Shown here: positions 61,738-64,000 of the stretch, piece after piece
How positions within the stretch are numbered: position 1 is the stretch's first letter
How the letters are laid out: each line of letters opens with the position of its first letter
Assembly (NCBI GenBank): GCA_964576865.1
Contig: CAZNVK010000002.1
Coordinates: 9,692 to 73,691, forward strand
Direction: 5' to 3'
DNA: 64,000 nt
Source of the DNA: an uncultured Candidatus Poseidoniales archaeon
GTDB taxonomy: Archaea; Thermoplasmatota; Poseidoniia; Poseidoniales; Thalassarchaeaceae
Made by a program: the position numbers and the translations under genes
Notes under the pieces: model-generated
What the model saw: the letters and a program-made list of their open reading frames with translations, nothing else
Told to the model about the DNA's origin: nothing
Databases searched by the model: none

Positions 61738-63333
61738 ATGGTCGAGTCAGATGCGGATGTCGCACTCGAGGACACCGACCGAATCGAGGGCCGCTCGGCT
61801 TTGGTGAATAACACGAAGGCGGCCCTCGCTCTTGCCGGCGCGGTGCGGTCAACTCTCGGTCCGCGCGGCTCTGACAAGATGCTCGTCGACGAGCACGGCG
61901 AGGTCATCGTGACCAACGATGGTGTGACGGTTTTAGAGACGGCGAAGGTGGAGCATCCAACGGCAAATTTGCTGATTGCGACGAGCTCTGCCCAGGACAG
62001 AATCGCTCGTGACGGGACGACAACTTCGGTCCTTCTCACCGCTGAATTGCTCCGAAACTCGCTCGAACTCTCACGCATTGGAGTGCATCCAACTCTGATC
62101 ATGAACGGATATCGCCTCGCGGCTGAGGAGTCGCTGACTCAACTCGATGAGATTTCTCGCCAGGCGAGTGAAGAAGAATTGCGGGCAACCATCGGAACCA
62201 CTCTGGCCGGCAAGGTCGACACCGCTCTTGCAGAGACCATGACAACGATTGCACTCGATGCTGCCCGCGCACTCGCGGACGAGGAAGGCGGCGATGATCT
62301 GGAGCGCGTGCGCGTCAAGAGAACGCAGATGGCCGACGGCGCTGCGGCTCAATCCGAGGTAGTTCACGGACTGGTATTACGTAAGCAGCGCCTCGATTTC
62401 ACAACCGATGCGAGCAGCGATGGTGGACGCATCGCAATCATCGATGGCGGGTTGGAGACGAGGGAACTCGAACTCGAAGCGCAAATCGAAGTTCGCAGCA
62501 CCGGCGTATTGGCTGGATTCCAAGAGCGCAAGCGAGAGAAGTTGGCCGCACAAGTCGAATCGTTGAGCGCACAAGGAATCGATTTGCTATGCGTGCGCGA
62601 CGGAATCGCCGACGAAGCCGAGCCTCTGCTCAAGGCTGCTGGCATCACGGCTTACCGACGCTTCGAGCGGGTCGACCTCGAGCGTCTATCGGTTCTCACA
62701 GGAGCCAAGATGGTACGCCACGCCAACAGAATCACTGCCGAAGACGTGGGAACCTACACCTCGCGCTCAGAAGAGAAAATCGAGAGCGCGTGGCACATGA
62801 GAATCGATGGCGAGGGAGTAGCTATGACCGCTTTACTGCGCGGCACAACCCCCGCCATGCGCGAAGAGGTCAGCCGCGCTTTCGACGACGCCCTCGGCGT
62901 CGCTTTCCGACTGGTCAGAGAACCTGGGATCCTACCAGGCGGTGGCGGAACTCAGATTCACTTAGCCCGCCACCTACGCGCATTCGCAACCACGCAGAAA
63001 GGGCGCGAACAACTCGCTATCGAGGGCTTCGCGGACGCACTCGAAGTCATCCCGCGAGCCCTCGCAGAAAACGCCGGCCTCGACCCGATCGACGAAATCC
63101 TCGCACTCTCAGCCGCCCAAGCAAAATCCGGCGCATGGGTAGGCCTCGACGCGATGAGCGGCGAGAAGGCCGACATGGCCGAGGCGGGCATCAACGACCC
63201 ACTATTCGTCGCCCGCCAAGCACTCACCGGAGCAACAGAAGCCGCGATCTCAGTCCTCAGAATCGATGATGTGCTCTGGGCTCAGGCGGAGCCCGAAACC
63301 CCCGATTGGTCGAATCAAATCGATGACTCGTGA
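61738..63333 (+). CDS. ths: thermosome (group II chaperonin) subunit
   Basis: LGPRGSDKML, VTNDGVTVL, RDGTTTSVLL, GGGTQI. Confidence 0.9.
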   Translation: MVESDADVALEDTDRIEGRSALVNNTKAALALAGAVRSTLGPRGSDKMLVDEHGEVIVTNDGVTVLETAKVEHPTANLLIATSSAQDRIARDGTTTSVLLTAELLRNSLELSRIGVHPTLIMNGYRLAAEESLTQLDEISRQASEEELRATIGTTLAGKVDTALAETMTTIALDAARALADEEGGDDLERVRVKRTQMADGAAAQSEVVHGLVLRKQRLDFTTDASSDGGRIAIIDGGLETRELELEAQIEVRSTGVLAGFQERKREKLAAQVESLSAQGIDLLCVRDGIADEAEPLLKAAGITAYRRFERVDLERLSVLTGAKMVRHANRITAEDVGTYTSRSEEKIESAWHMRIDGEGVAMTALLRGTTPAMREEVSRAFDDALGVAFRLVREPGILPGGGGTQIHLARHLRAFATTQKGREQLAIEGFADALEVIPRALAENAGLDPIDEILALSAAQAKSGAWVGLDAMSGEKADMAEAGINDPLFVARQALTGATEAAISVLRIDDVLWAQAEPETPDWSNQIDDS

Positions 63334-63340
63334 GATATAC

Positions 63341-63457
63341 CGCTCGCAACAGAGCCTCCCACAACGCTCGCAACGCTCGCCACGGAGAGAGGAGACGTGC
63401 GAGGGAGAACAGGAACCCAAGTGAACCCGTTGTGTTCGTAGTGTTCGTTGTGGGAGG
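63341..63457 (+). repeat. hairpin repeat family copy (long-loop form)
   Basis: CGCTCGCAACAGAGCCTCCCACAACGCTCGCAACGCTCGCCACGGAG...CAAGTGAACCCGTTGTGTTCGTAGTGTTCGTTGTGGGAGG lies between the convergent thermosome and epimerase genes. Confidence 0.85.
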
Positions 63458-63493
63458 TTTCTGCGTTCTCAGCGTTCGCTGCGAGAGGCTAAC

Positions 63494-64000
63494 TCAACGA
63501 GAAGCACGAAGCCCGGTTATCATCGCATCACACATCGCATCAAGGCCAAACTCGGCCTCCCAACCCCAGTCACGTCGCGCATCCGAATCATCAACAGAAT
63601 CCGGCCATGAATCAGCATATTCCTGCCGAACATCCGGAACAAAATCGCAAGTAAAACCCGGCACGCGCGCCCCAACAGCCTCACCCAATTCAGCCGCAGT
63701 AAACGAACACCCAGAGATGTTGTAGCCGCCGCGCGCCGCCCCGATTGCCTCAACAGGCGCATCCATCAAGGCAATAGTCGCACGAATCGCATCATCCATG
63801 TACATCATCGGCAAGCGTGTATCCCCGCGAACGAAGCAATCGTAGTGGCCATTTTCGAGAGCGTGGTGGAAGATTTCGACGGCGTAATCTGTCGTGCCAC
63901 CGCCAGCCGGAGCCTTGTAGGAGACCAGCCCAGGGTAGCGAATTCCGCGCACGTCAACGCCGTACTGCTTCCAATAATTCATCGCCAAACGCTCCCCCGT
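63494..64000 (-). CDS. NAD-dependent epimerase/dehydratase family protein (L-threonine-3-dehydrogenase-like), N-terminus outside the window
   Basis: The C-terminal half of an extended SDR (..YPGLVSYKAPAGGGTTDYAVEIF.., ..MMYMDDAI..). The reading frame stays open to the window edge. Confidence 0.6.
   Translation of the reverse strand, partial: TGERLAMNYWKQYGVDVRGIRYPGLVSYKAPAGGGTTDYAVEIFHHALENGHYDCFVRGDTRLPMMYMDDAIRATIALMDAPVEAIGAARGGYNISGCSFTAAELGEAVGARVPGFTCDFVPDVRQEYADSWPDSVDDSDARRDWGWEAEFGLDAMCDAMITGLRASR

Noticed and set aside
61512-62102. The N-terminal 197 codons of ORF 60864..62102
   Set aside because: This stretch overlaps the thermosome gene on the other strand and is Ser/Arg/Ala-rich. 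An ATG at 61511 gives a compact protein and leaves a normal divergent promoter gap.
62589-63269. A 226-aa Arg-rich alternative frame inside the thermosome gene
   Set aside because: It is an out-of-frame artefact of GC-rich coding sequence.

Overview
This is a 64-kb stretch of a high-G+C archaeal chromosome. The archaeal markers are Orc1/Cdc6, a thermosome, Bud32 kinase, archaeal-type PPAT plus DUF359, an HTH_10 regulator and GGAGG-type leaders. The gene content (M14/M17 peptidases, several beta-oxidation enzymes, giant surface proteins, a bacterial-type DnaK) fits a marine heterotrophic Thermoplasmatota (MGII-like) lineage, but that assignment is inference only. About 60 densely packed protein genes lie on both strands, with one tRNA-Gly(GCC) and one candidate RNase P RNA. 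I saw no rRNA, CRISPR array, transposase or integrase. The ORF track uses GTG/TTG starts and over-extends many ORFs, so I trimmed starts where the sequence supports it. The main finds are: (1) A visibly lower-G+C island of about 10 kb (about 23.0-33.1 kb) carries an aa3-type oxidase operon (coxC-coxB-coxA). It also holds a lipoprotein that fuses a CuA-type cupredoxin to a cytochrome-cd1 (NirS d1-type) beta-propeller. CoxA itself carries an N-terminal secreted reeler-like GCxCHG domain and a C-terminal Cys cluster. Downstream are a free paralog of that domain, a 4-TM His-rich cytochrome-b-like protein and an HTH_10 regulator. The palindrome CCGAAC-N2-GTTCGG is repeated in front of at least four of the island's transcription units. 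(2) A family of same-orientation imperfect-hairpin intergenic repeats (CCTCCCACAACG...CGTTGTGGGAGG) occurs at 5 full loci plus 1 half copy. (3) Origin-like elements include tandem 22-bp repeats and an inverted GGAAAC pair flanking orc1/cdc6. A 35%-G+C gap with an ORB-like GTGGAAATGAAAC core also lies between a large orphan wHTH protein and two small wHTH paralogs. (4) Other items are a PPAT-DUF359 fusion, a BoxB-like di-iron oxygenase, and an Hsp20-like gene directly upstream of dnaK with no grpE or dnaJ.
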